Shown here in pieces: positions 43,205-60,620 of a DNA stretch of 64,000 nt. Below the pieces are notes generated by a model that did no database searches, had not been told where the DNA came from, and saw only the letters and a list, made by a program, of their open reading frames with translations. Both the position numbers and the translations under genes were made by a program. This stretch comes from the human T2T-CHM13v2.0 reference genome, Homo sapiens: assembly GCF_009914755.1 (NCBI RefSeq), contig NC_060938.1. One strand, written 5' to 3'. How positions within the stretch are numbered: the stretch's first letter is position 1; the number at the start of each line of letters is the position of its first letter.

Positions 43205-43346
43205 CTATATTTATTTTTTAAAATTGAATAGAGCCAGGGTTTCACCATGTTGCCCAGGCTGCTCTTGAACTCCTGGACTCAAGCAATCTGCCTGCCTCAG
43301 CCTCCCAAAGTGTTAGAATTACAGGTGTGAGCCACCAGGCCTGGTC
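43205..43346 (-). mobile_element. FLAM / Alu monomer
   Basis: tagagccagggtttcaccatgttgcccagg...gagccaccaggcctgg. Confidence 0.8.
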
Positions 43347-43404
43347 AGAATTTTCTCGTAAATTGTTTCAATTGACAAGATCATGTGACTCTCGGGTATG
43401 AATT

Positions 43405-44347
43405 GACCTTAAAAGAAGAAGTTGAAGTAAAATTAATATAAGTAGAGAGTTTATTGGGGCCAAGCTTGAGGATTGCAGCCTGGGAGCTCAGATTCACGTT
43501 GCCCTGAAATACACTTCTATTAGCAGGAGTTAAGAATGGACTTTTATTAATTGTTTTCTTTTTTTAAGTTTTTGAGGTTTTTTTTGGTTGTTGTTTTGTT
43601 TTTTAATAGAGATGGGGCCTTGCTGTGTTGCCCAGGCTGGTCTTGAACTCCTAAGCTCAAGCAATCTGCCCACCTTGACCCCCCAAAATGCTGGAATTAC
43701 AGGTCTTAGGCACGGCACCTGGCCAGGAGTGAATTTTTAAATGCAAAAAAGAGAGATAGGGAGTGGGCTGATACAAAGTTTGTCAGGAACTGTAATTACT
43801 TTACAAGAAATAACATTAATTAGTGATTGGCTATACATTGTTAAGCTATAGGGTGTGGGTCATAGTGTCTGGTATGGCATTATTAGGTTAATTTATAGCT
43901 ACTTGTGGCAATAGCAAGCAGTTTGAAGAGATGAATAGAGGCCGGACATGGTAGCTCACACCTGTAATCTCAACACTTTGAGAGACTGAGGTAGGAGGAT
44001 TGCTTGAGTCCAGGAGTTCAAGACCATTGTGGGCAACGTAGTGGGATCCTGTTTCTACAAAAAAAATTATTTAAAAGATGTAGCCTGACATGGTGATAAA
44101 TGTCTGTAGTCCCAGCTACTTTATAGGCTGAGGTGGGAGGATCGCTTGAGCCTCAGAGATGGAGGCTGCAGTGAACCTATGCACTCCAGCATGGGTGACA
44201 GAGCAAGATCCTGTCTCAAGAAAAAAAAAAAGATGAATACATAGCTCAGAGGGTGGCAAGTAGGACATGATTGCAGTCTCGTTTTCATTCTTTCTGGGCC
44301 TGATAATTAAAAGGGCTTGCATTCCTCAGATAAAAGTTCTTTTCTCA
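43405..44347 (-). mobile_element. ERV1 (MER4-group) solo LTR, interrupted by a FLAM (43600-43724, -) and an AluJ (43939-44232, +)
   Basis: aaattaatataagtagagagtttattggggccaagcttgagg...cattcctcagataaaagttcttttctca; AluJ TSD agatgaata. Confidence 0.65.
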
Positions 44348-44577
44348 TATGAAAGAAAGAAAGAAGCACTTTAAAACTCTGCTTTTTTCATTATGAATTT
44401 CACATTAAAAAATCTGTAAAAGTTGTATTCATTTCTATAGCCACGTTAGTTTTTATAGCCAAAGTGTGCCCTGTTGTTTAATCTTAACTTTAAAAGGATT
44501 GAATAATCATTGCTGGAAGTTTTATCATAGATGGCATTTTTATCCCTGAATTTTTTATTGTGAGGAATCCCTGGGTG

Positions 44578-45403
44578 TGTCAGTGGAAACAGAAACACAA
44601 ACTCAGTGCACTTCTTTTCTCTTATTCAACACAACAGTCAACACAGAAGCCTTTTTTGGCCAAATGTGTAGTTATTTCCTCCACACACCAAGCAAGTAAT
44701 CAGTTCTGCAGTGGACACCAGCTGAGTGTCCTCCAATTAAATTCTGACACTATCTACCTGGAAAAAGCCTCAGATCCCATAGGTTGAGGGCTCAGTCCCA
44801 CAAGACTGGCCCTGCTTCAGACAAAAATCGTTAAGTCCAGGCCTCTGAAACTTCTAACTGACCAGCTTCAAGTTAGTGTTCATACAGTCCCCTCTTTGGG
44901 TTTGATTAATTTGTTAGAGCAGCTCACAGAACTCAGGGAATCTTACTTACGTTTATTAAAAAGGATATGACAATGGATACAGATGAAGAGATGCAGAGGT
45001 CAAGGTATGGGGGAAGAGGTGCAGAGCTTCCGTGCCCTCCTTGGGTACACCACCCTCCAGGAACCTCCACATGTTCAGCTATTAGGATGCTCTAGGAATC
45101 CTGTTCTTTTGGGCCTTTAATGGAGACTTCATTACATAGGCATGATTGATTAAACCATTGGCCATTGGTGATGAACTTAACTGCCAGGTCCCTCTGCAGA
45201 GGTTGGGGGTTGAAGCTCAAAGTCACAACGTTTTAATCATGCAACCCTCTTCATGACCAGCCTCCATCCAGAAGGTATCTAAGGGCTGCCAGCTATCAGT
45301 TAATCATTAGTGTACAAAAAGACATCACTTTGGAGATTCCCTGTAGGTGAGGAAAGGGGTGGAAGGGTGGAATGATGACCAAATATGTATTTCACAATAT
45401 CAC
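44578..45403 (-). mobile_element. MER39/MER21-group LTR
   Basis: gacactatctacctgg...cagatcccataggttgagggctcagtcccacaagactg; TG...CA ends. Confidence 0.7.
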
Positions 45404-45639
45404 AGCAGGTGAATGAATTTCACTTTCAAAGGAAGAGCTCATAAATACCTTATTCTCTGATTTAACATGCTTCAAATTGGCTGTGTGTTATCCTTGTATT
45501 CAAATTTTTTGTGAATATAATTCTTGAGTCAAATATCCTTTTATTCTAAACATTGTAAAAATGTTACTCGCTTGTCTTCTGACATTGTTTGCCTGAAAAG
45601 AAGTCTTGACAGATTCCCCATCCCCTTGTGTGTGTGGGT

Positions 45640-45943
45640 TTTGTTTGTTTGTTTGTTTTTTGAGACAGAGTCTGGCTCTGTCGCCCAAGCTGGAGAACAG
45701 TGACGTGATCTCGGCTCACCACAACCTCCGCCTCCCAGGTCCGAGCTATTTTCCCACCTCAGCCTCCCAAGTAACTGGGACTACAGGTGAGTGCCACCAC
45801 ACCTGGCTAATTTCTGTATTTTTAGTAGAGATGGGGTTTCACCACATTGGCCAGGCTGGTCTGGAACTCCTGACTTCAAGTGATCCACCCGCCTCAGCCT
45901 CCCAAAGTACTGGGATTACAGACATGAGCCACCGTGCCCAGCT
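45640..45943 (-). mobile_element. AluSx-like
   Basis: Full antisense Alu flanked by tgtgtgtg-like repeats. Confidence 0.9.
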
Positions 45944-46134
45944 GTGAGTGTGTGTTTGTCTGTCTTTTTTTTGTCAGATACCTGAAGGAGTCATCCTTTA
46001 TTCTTAAAGTAGGGCTGAATCAGGGCAATTGTTCATCATTCTTTAATAAGGTTTTAGGGACCACAGCATGCTTTTCAAAGGATTATTTGATTCTTCCTTT
46101 ATTTCATGGAAATTTTACCTTTTTTAAAAAACTT

Positions 46135-46490
46135 AACTTTTATTTTAAGTTCAGGGGTACATTTGCAGGTTATTATATAAGTAAACTTGGGTTGTGGGGT
46201 TTTTTTGTACAGATTATTTCATCACCCCAGTATTAAGCCTAGTATCCATTAGTTATTTTTCCTGATCCTCTACCTCCTTCCATGCCCCACGCTCCAGTAG
46301 GCCCCAGTGTTTGTTGTTCCACAGTATGTGTCCATGTGTTCTCATAAGTTAGCTCCCACTTATGAGTGATAACATGTGGTATTTAGTTTTCTGTTCTGGC
46401 ATTAGTTTGCTAAGGATAATGGCCTCCAGCTCCACCCATGTTCCTGTGAAGGAAATGATCTTGTGCTTTTTTATGGTTCCATACTATTAT
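46135..46490 (-). mobile_element. L1PA13-16-type 3' end fragment, followed by a FLAM at 46520-46641 (-)
   Basis: ttttattttaagttcaggggtacat...gattatttcatcacccc...ctcccacttatgagtga. Confidence 0.8.
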
Positions 46491-47029
46491 TTCATGGAAA
46501 TTTTACTTTCTAAAGAGGTTTTTTTGTAGAGATAGGGTCCTGCTATGTTGCCCAGGCTGGTCTCAAACGCCTGGCTTCAAGCAATCCTCCCTTGGCCTCC
46601 CAAGGTGCTGGGATTATAGCTGTGAGCAATCACAACTGGCTCATGAAAATTTTAGGTCTACAAATGTTTTGGTTTTCTACTTTAGAGACTCCAGATATAC
46701 TTATATGGGACATTTTTGTCCTTACGTGTTATCTGTTCAATAATGATTAATATTTTAATCTGCTTTTGCATTGACTGTGATGATTGTGAATCTTTCCTTT
46801 ATGTTGGTAATACCAATTGTCATTGTTCTTTTCCATGGTCTTTCTAATTAATGTATGTAATGTTATTTATTTGTTTATTTTTGATTCTCAACTTACTTCC
46901 TTAAGTTTTATATTTCTCTTTTCACTTTATTGTGTTAGCCCCTTCTCTTTTATTTTATTGAAATGATTTTCTTTTCTTTTTCTTTATAAAATGCCAACCG
47001 TGGGTAGGAAAATTTTCTTCTTTCCCTTG

Positions 47030-47706
<677 letters not shown>

Positions 47707-47850
47707 CGTTGGTTTATGTTTTCTTGTTTTATTATGAACTAGTTTCTTTTGCATGTTTTGTGTTGTATTTGTGGTGTATTCATAGTTGTCACATCATTTC
47801 TTTGCATCTTGCTCATACTTGAAATAGGCAATTTTGTCAAAAACTTTTAG

Positions 47851-48237
<387 letters not shown>

Positions 48238-49768
48238 TGAGCTGCCATTTCTTGGCAAGGCATTGCTCTTGCTACCTTTCTATATAACCCTAGGGCAATG
48301 GGATGGGAATGGAATTTGGTAAGACCTCTGTGGGACTGTATGCTCCTTTTGCTAGAGGTTCTGTCTTCTGCCTGTGGGATTTTGCTTGGTGCCAAGCATT
48401 AAGGGTTCATGCTATCTGGCCTCTCTATACGTATCCTAATTTCATGGGGATATTGCTTTTGGGCTTTTATTTGTTTCAGTATTGTAGTAAAACATAGCCA
48501 GCCTTGATTCTTGCTTCCTCTGTACAGATTCTTACGTAATAAGGCTTTTCTTCATGAAAAGTTTTTACTTTTCTCTGGGCTGTCTACTCAATTCATTCTC
48601 AGATTACTTCTAAGCTGTGAGGTATCAGTGAAAAATTCTGTTTTATTAGCTCACTATCTTCCCAACACCTGTTTCATAGGTAATCTAGCCAAAATAATCA
48701 TCTTTGCACCCTGCACCCCCTCCCTATTTTAAAAAATTACTACATGGAGCCAAGAGGGCTGAATAGGAACAGCTCCAGTCTACAGCTCCCAGCATGAGTG
48801 ATGCAGAAGACGGGTGATTTCTGCATTTCCAACTGAGGTACCGGGTTCATCTCACTGGGGAGTGCCAGACAGTGGGTGCAGGACAGTGGGTGCAGTGCAC
48901 TGTGCATGAGCCAAAGCAAGGCGAGGCATCGTGTCACCCGGGAAGCGCAAGGGGTCAGGGAATTCCCTTTCCTAGTCAAAGAAAGGGGTGACAGACGGCA
49001 CCTGGAAAATCGGATCACTCCCACCCTAATACTGCGCTTTTCCAATGGGCTTATCAAACGGCACACCAGGAGATTATATCCCACACCTAGATCGGAGGGT
49101 CCTATGCCCACGGAGCCTCTCTCATTGCCAGCACAGTAGTCTGAGATCAAACTGCAAGGTGGCAGCGAGGCTTTGGTGGGGGGTGCCCGCCATTGCTCAG
49201 GCTTGAGTAGGTAAACAAAGTGGCTGGGAAGCTCGAACTGGGTGGGGCCCACCACAGCTCAAGGAGGCCTTCCTGCCTCTGTAGGCTCCACCTCTGGGGG
49301 CAGGGCACAGACAAACAAAAGGCAGCAATAACCTCTGCAGACTTTGAAGAGTCTGTCTGATAGCTTTGAAGAGAGTAGTGGTTCTTCCAGCACGCAGCTT
49401 GAGATCTGAGAACGGGCAGACTGCCTCCTCAAGTGGGTCCCTGACCCCCGAGTAGCCTAACTGGGAGGCATCCCCCAGTAGGGGCGGACTGACACCTCAC
49501 ACGGCCGGGAACTCCTCTGAGACAAAACTTCTAGAGGAACGATCAGGCAGCAGCATTTGCGGTTCACCAATATCTGCTGTTCTGCAGCCACCACTGCTGA
49601 TACCCAGGCAAACAGGGTCTGGAGTGGGCCTCCAGTAAACTCCAACAGACCTGCAGCTCAGGGTCCTGACTGTTAGAAGGAAAACTAACAAACAGAAAGG
49701 ACATCCACACCAAAAACCCATCTGTATGTCACCATCATCAAAGACCAAAGGTAGATAAAACCACAAAG

Positions 49769-50780
49769 ATGGGGAAAAACCAGAGCAGAAAAACCGGAAA
49801 CTCTAAAAATCAGAGCGCCTCTCCTCCTCCAAAGGAACGCAGCTCCTCACCAGCAACAGAACAAAGCTGGATGGAGAATGACTTGACGAATTGAGAGAGG
49901 AAGGCTTCAGAAGATCAAACTAGTCCGAGCTAAAGGAGGAAGTTTGAACCAATGGCAAAGAAGTTAAAAACTTTGAAAAAAAATTAGACGAATGGATAAC
50001 TAGAATAATCAATGCAGAGAAGTCCTTAAAGGACCTGATGGAGCTGAAAACAATGGCACGAGAACTACGTGATGAATGCACAAGCCTCAGTAACCGATGC
50101 GATCAACTGGAAGAAAGGGTATCAGTGATGGAAGATGAAATGAATGAAATGAAGTGTGAAGAGAAGTTTAGAGAAAAAAGAAAAGAAATGAGCAAAGCCT
50201 CCGAGAAATATGGGACTATGTGAAAAGACCAAATCTACATCTAATTGGTGTACCTGAAAGTGACGGGGAGAATGGAATCAAGTTGGAAAACACTCTGCAG
50301 GATATCATCCAGGAGAACTTCCCCAATCTAGCAAGGCAGGTCACTATTCAAATTCAGGAATTACAGAGAACACCACAAAGATACTCCTCAAGAAGAGCAA
50401 CTCCAAGACACGTAATTGTCAGATTCACCAAAGTTGAAATGAAGGAAAAAATGTTCAGGGCAGCCAGAGAGAAAGGTTGGGTTACCCACAAAGGGAAGCC
50501 TATCAGACTAACTGCTGATGTCTCAGCAGAAACTCTACGAGCCAGCAGAGAGTGGGGGCCAATATTCAACATTCTTAAAGAAAAGAATTTTCAACCCAGA
50601 ATTTCATATCCAGCCAAACTAGGCTTCATAAGTGAAGGAGAAATAAAATACTTCACAGACAAGCAAATGCTGAGAGATTTTGTCACCACCATGCCTGCTC
50701 TACAAGAGCTCCTGAAGGAAGCACTAACCATGGAAAGGAACAACCGGTACCAGCCACTGGAAAAACATGCCAAATTGTAA
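49769..50780 (+). pseudogene. L1 ORF1p, disrupted
   Basis: ATGGGGAAAAAC start at 49769; frameshifts and stops; C-terminal fragment KRPNLHLIGVPE...EKHAKL. Confidence 0.92.
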
Positions 50781-50843
50781 AGACCATCAAGGCTAGGAAG
50801 AAACTGCATCAACTAATAAGCAAAATAACCAGCTAACATCATA

Positions 50844-54659
<3,816 letters not shown>

Positions 54660-55019
54660 ACAATGAGAACACAGGAAGGGGAACATCACACACAGGGGAC
54701 TGTTGTAGGGTAGGGAGAGGGGGGCGGGATAGCATTAGGAGATATACCTAATGCTAAATGACGAGTTAATGGGTGCAGCACACCAACATGGCACATGTAT
54801 ACATATGTAACAAACCTGCACGTTGTGCACATGTACCCTAAAACTTAAAGTATAATAATAAAAAAAAATTAAAAAAATAAAAATTACAACATCCTACTTT
54901 CTTTACCATTTGGTTAAGTTGCATATTCTGTTCATGAGTCTCTATGATGGGATAAGTAGATTTTGGTGTTCGGATGTCACTGTGCCATCTTTACTTGGAA
55001 TTCCAATTTTTTAGATATT

Positions 55020-55809
55020 TTTTAAAAAGTGTAGAATAGTTTTATATTTCTAGAACAGTTGTGAAGATCATACAGATAGTTGCTGCATAATCCTCACGAC
55101 TTTCTCTTATTGTTAACATCTTAAATTACCATGATACTTTTGTCACGGGGAGAATTCAGTATTGTTACATAACTATTAACTAAACTGTATACTTTCTTTG
55201 GATTTCACTAATTTTTCTCAAATATCCTTTTATGCTCTAGGATCCTATGCAGGATTGGATTTAGTTTGTATGTCTCCCTAGCCTGTCCTGGGCTGTGACA
55301 TTTTCTCTAACTTTTCTTGTGTTTTAAGACCTTGATAGTTTTGAGGCATATTGATCAAGGTATTTTACACAGAATGTTTCTCAATTTGGGTTTGCCTCAT
55401 GGTTATGTTGGGTTTATGAGATTTTAGGATGAAGACTGTAGAAGTGAGTGCCATTTTCCTTATGTCATTTGAAGGTTATATTTTCCTAATAGGATTTACT
55501 ATCAGTAATATTAACCTTGATCATCTGGCCAAGATATGGTTTGCTAAGTTTCTCCACTGTAAAGTTACTTACCTCCATTCCTTTGTTCATACTCTACTCT
55601 TTGGAAGTAAATCACTAAGTACAGTCCATACTAAAGAATGAAGATGGGAGGTTGTTGAGCCCCACCTCCTGAGGGGAGAATACTTACATACATTATATGT
55701 AATACTTTAATACAGGAGATTTGTCTCTTTTCCCATTTATTCATTTATTCAGCCATTTGTGTCAGTATGGATTCATAGATGTTCATTTAATACTTTGGAT
55801 TATAATCTA
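55020..55809 (-). mobile_element. Old L1MC/MD 3' region (left flank of the L1HS)
   Basis: gaatagttttatatttctagaacag...attaaccttgatcatctggccaag...tactttggattataatc. Confidence 0.7.
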
Positions 55810-55914
55810 TTTTTTTTTTCTACATTTAGTCTTAACTTTATTGAAATAGCCTTTTAGTCTATAGCTATGTTAAATTTATTTCAAAAACTACCAAAAAGAA
55901 AGATGTATAAGTTC

Positions 55915-57064
<1,150 letters not shown>

Positions 57065-57083
57065 ACTCATCTGACAAAGGGCT

Positions 57084-57960
57084 TCTATGTTTGGTGATTT
57101 TGAGTAAAGTTGTTCTAAGTATTCACATACAGGTTTTTGTCTGGACATATATTTTCAAATCAGTTGAGTAAACCCAGTAGCAATACTGCTGAATCATAAG
57201 TTAAATCTATGTTAATTTTATAAGAAACTGCCAAATTCTTTTCCAGAGTGGCTATACTAGCAATGAATCAGAGTTCCTGTTGCTGTATATCCAAGGAATA
57301 TACAAGCATTTGGAACTGTTGTTTTTTTTTTTTTTTTTTTCTTGTTTTGGATGTTAGACATTCTAACAGGTGTGTAGTAGTATCTTAGTATTTTTATTTG
57401 CATTTCCCTGATGACAAATCATATTGAGCATCTTTTTATATGTTTATTTTTCATCTGCATATCTTCTTTGGTAAAGTGTTCAGGTATTTGATAGTTTTTC
57501 AAATTGGATTATTTTTTCCTTGTTGTTTAAAAGAGTTGTTTATATTCTGGATATAAGTCGTTTATCAGATATGTGGCTTGCACATATTTTCTTCTAGTCG
57601 ATGTCTTGTTTTTTTGAGTCTCTTAGTGTGTTTGGCAGAACACAAGTTTTAAATTTTGATAACACTTAAATTTTGATAACATTAAAAAATCTTTTTTTTT
57701 TTTTTTGCTTATGGACATTCTTATATTCTACCACCATTTGTTGGAAAGGCTGTCATTTCTACATTAAATTTCCTTTGCACCTTTGTCAAAAATAAGTTGA
57801 CTATATATCTGTGGGTTAATTTCTGAATTTACTATTCTGTTTCATTAACCTATATGTTAATCCCTTTGTCAATATCACATAATCTTGATAGTGAGTCTTG
57901 AAATCAGGTGTAGTCTTCCAACTTTGCCCTTTTATTACAGAATTGTTTTGGCTATTCTAG
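57084..57960 (-). mobile_element. Old L1M fragment (right flank of the L1HS)
   Basis: aagaaactgccaaattcttttccagagtggc...atttgcatttccctgatg...cctttgcacctttgtcaaaaat. Confidence 0.75.
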
Positions 57961-60403
57961 ATAACCTTTTTACAAAATTTCAGTAATATAGTCATTAAAA
58001 CTTTAGAACTCTTCTTTGGAGATTTGCGGGTACTATAATGTTCAATTTATCAGGCACCAAACAGTGGTATATTATATTTACATGCAATTTATGTTCATAA
58101 ATTTTATTACGTAAATCAGTCACCAATTTTATTCATGAGATTTGCTTCTAAAAAGATTTTTATGCTTTAAAAAAATCAAATTGACCTCCAAAAGACAACA
58201 AATCAATTTTTCATAAAATGTCACAACTCTTTTGAAGTAGGTATATTCATGTTTTATAGATGAAAGAAGCTTAGAGGGCTAGACTACTTGGCCAAAGACT
58301 CAAAGTCAGTCAATTACACATTGTCAGAATGTCTACCTCAGATTTACACAGGCAACTCAAACTTAGCATATCCAAAATGAAACTTATTAATTCATTCTTA
58401 AAACCTGATCCTCCTCCTTAATCCCTTATTCCGATCAGTGTTACAACCATCTGCCTACATATCCAAGCCAAAACTTCTTCCTCAGAACTTCGATTAAACT
58501 GATCTTTTATTTGGTTTATTCTATCTCTTTAACTAAAATATTTAAATTGAGCCTATCATTCTTCCCTATTTTTTACCCTTCATTGCTTATCTACTTTAAT
58601 TTATACATTTATTTGTTACAGTTTTTATTAAAGTATATTGAAATTAGTGTTCCTTGAGACAGAATCTTTTTCATTTTGTCTTTTAGAGTATTAGTATTAA
58701 GGGAAGAATGGGAATGGGAGAAAAGGAATGCATTCAATTCTCAGGCTTTTCTTTTTAATTCATTCAGTAAATATTTATTGACTATACTGTGTCAGGTACA
58801 GTGCTAGTTGCTGGGGACACAGCATTATGGTCAAATTGACTTAAATAAATAAGTAAGTAATCATATAAATGCTTAAAACAATTAACAGTTAATCTGAAGA
58901 ATTTTTGGTTCCTAGTTACAGCTTACAAGAAGGACTCCTTCTGTATCAGAGTCTAGGAGTTCAGGTAGGGGGAAGAGTCAGGGAAGGCCACACATACCAA
59001 GCAAGAAAAGCAACAGCAACAAAGAATATTATGTCAGCATAGTATCAGATGGTTCTATGAGGTTCTTTTCTGCTGAATCTATAGGTTCTGAACTGTCAAG
59101 AGTGTGTTTTAGAGTACATCTTGATAACAGGACCAATGCATAACTGTTTTTGCTTGACTGAAAGGTATATTTGGGGGCATCGAGTATACGATAAAATTAT
59201 ATAAATTGTTCACATCTTTTAAAAAAATTCCTAATTTTTGCTTCCTATAATCTTCAGATCCTTTGTTGTCTTTTTTCTCTCATCTGCTTTGCTACTTCTG
59301 ATCTACATTGTATCTCTGTTACAGTGTCTGCTTTGTCTTATTCTGCCTCTCTCTGCTTTTCTTTACCCCTTGGCTTTAATGCTTTTTCTCTTTTTTGGCT
59401 TTTATCAAAAACTAGGGAAAAAAATAAAAAAGGATTCAAGTTAAAATTACCTACATATACATACTCTTATATACGTTTGCATTTGTATACTTCAGCTTTT
59501 CAGATCATGATACCTTTTCTTCAGTCTCTTTGCTATTGTTGGTACTTTTTTAACATGTTAAGTGTGGTGGTGTGTAGAAAATGAGAGAGAATAAAAGCAA
59601 ACAAATCAGAATTTTCTGATTAGAATAAAAGCCAACAAATAAGAATTTTCAGAAAAATGTGAAATTTGTTTATCATTGGAGGTCAACGTTTGGCATCTTA
59701 GGATTGAACAAGGTGAACGACTGTAGTTTCAGAAAAGAAAAGGGTGATATTGACTGATTTAGGGATAAATCAAGAAATGCGACATTTCACGCATGGATCT
59801 TTTCACTTAGAGTGCAAGGATGTCAGTCAGAATTTGCATGGTATAGGAAATCAATTGAAACTTGAGCCCATAGACATTTACTTCAGCAAAATTCTTACTA
59901 ATTATCATGACTATGTCAAGTTAGACTGTTGAAGGCATAATTTAAAGTTTACAAAAGGTTGAAATTCTTTTGTCTAATTGTGAACCCCATATTAATGAGA
60001 TATAATTTATAGTTCATCAGATATATTTCATATAACACCAACTATTATTTTAAGTCTTTATTTAAATCAGTAAAGTATTATGTGTTGTACATACCACTAG
60101 TAAACCTTAGTACCTTCCCCAAAGTCATTTTAAATAGAAAATTAAAGCCATGTATAGCTGTTTCAAATCACCTCTTTTCTGAAAAGGCAAGTTGTCTAAG
60201 TTTTGTGTTGTTTTAAGTGACACAGTATGTGATATACTTACTGTAGACCTGAATTTCATTTTCTGAAAATTATTTTTGTTGATTCCTAATCTTTAACTAG
60301 ATATTGAATGATCTAGCTTAGAAAATTATGGCAAATATTCCAAATTGGCACTTAACAGTGCATTAACATCAAAGATCTAGTCTCATTTTCCAACACTCTG
60401 TAT

Positions 60404-60620
60404 CAAGGATTTGCAAAGTAAGAACTTATGTTGAAATTCAGCCTGCTACCTGTTTTGTAAATAAAGTTTTATTGGGATACAACTACACTTGATCACTTAT
60501 TGTGTATGGCTGCTTTTGTACTATGGAGGCAGAATTTAGTAGCTATGATAAGAGAGCCTATGGTAAAGCCTAAAATAATTACTATTTGGCCATTTGCAGA
60601 AAAACTTGGCTGATCCCTAC
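60404..60620. mobile_element. MER58A-like hAT-Charlie
   Basis: cagcctgctacctgttttgtaaataaagttttattgg...gcctaaaataattactatttggcc...gctgatccct. Confidence 0.7.

Noticed and set aside
57649-57681. 16-nt tandem duplication ttaaattttgataaca; similar 14-nt one at 21528-21555
   Set aside because: Ordinary slippage duplications with no further signal.
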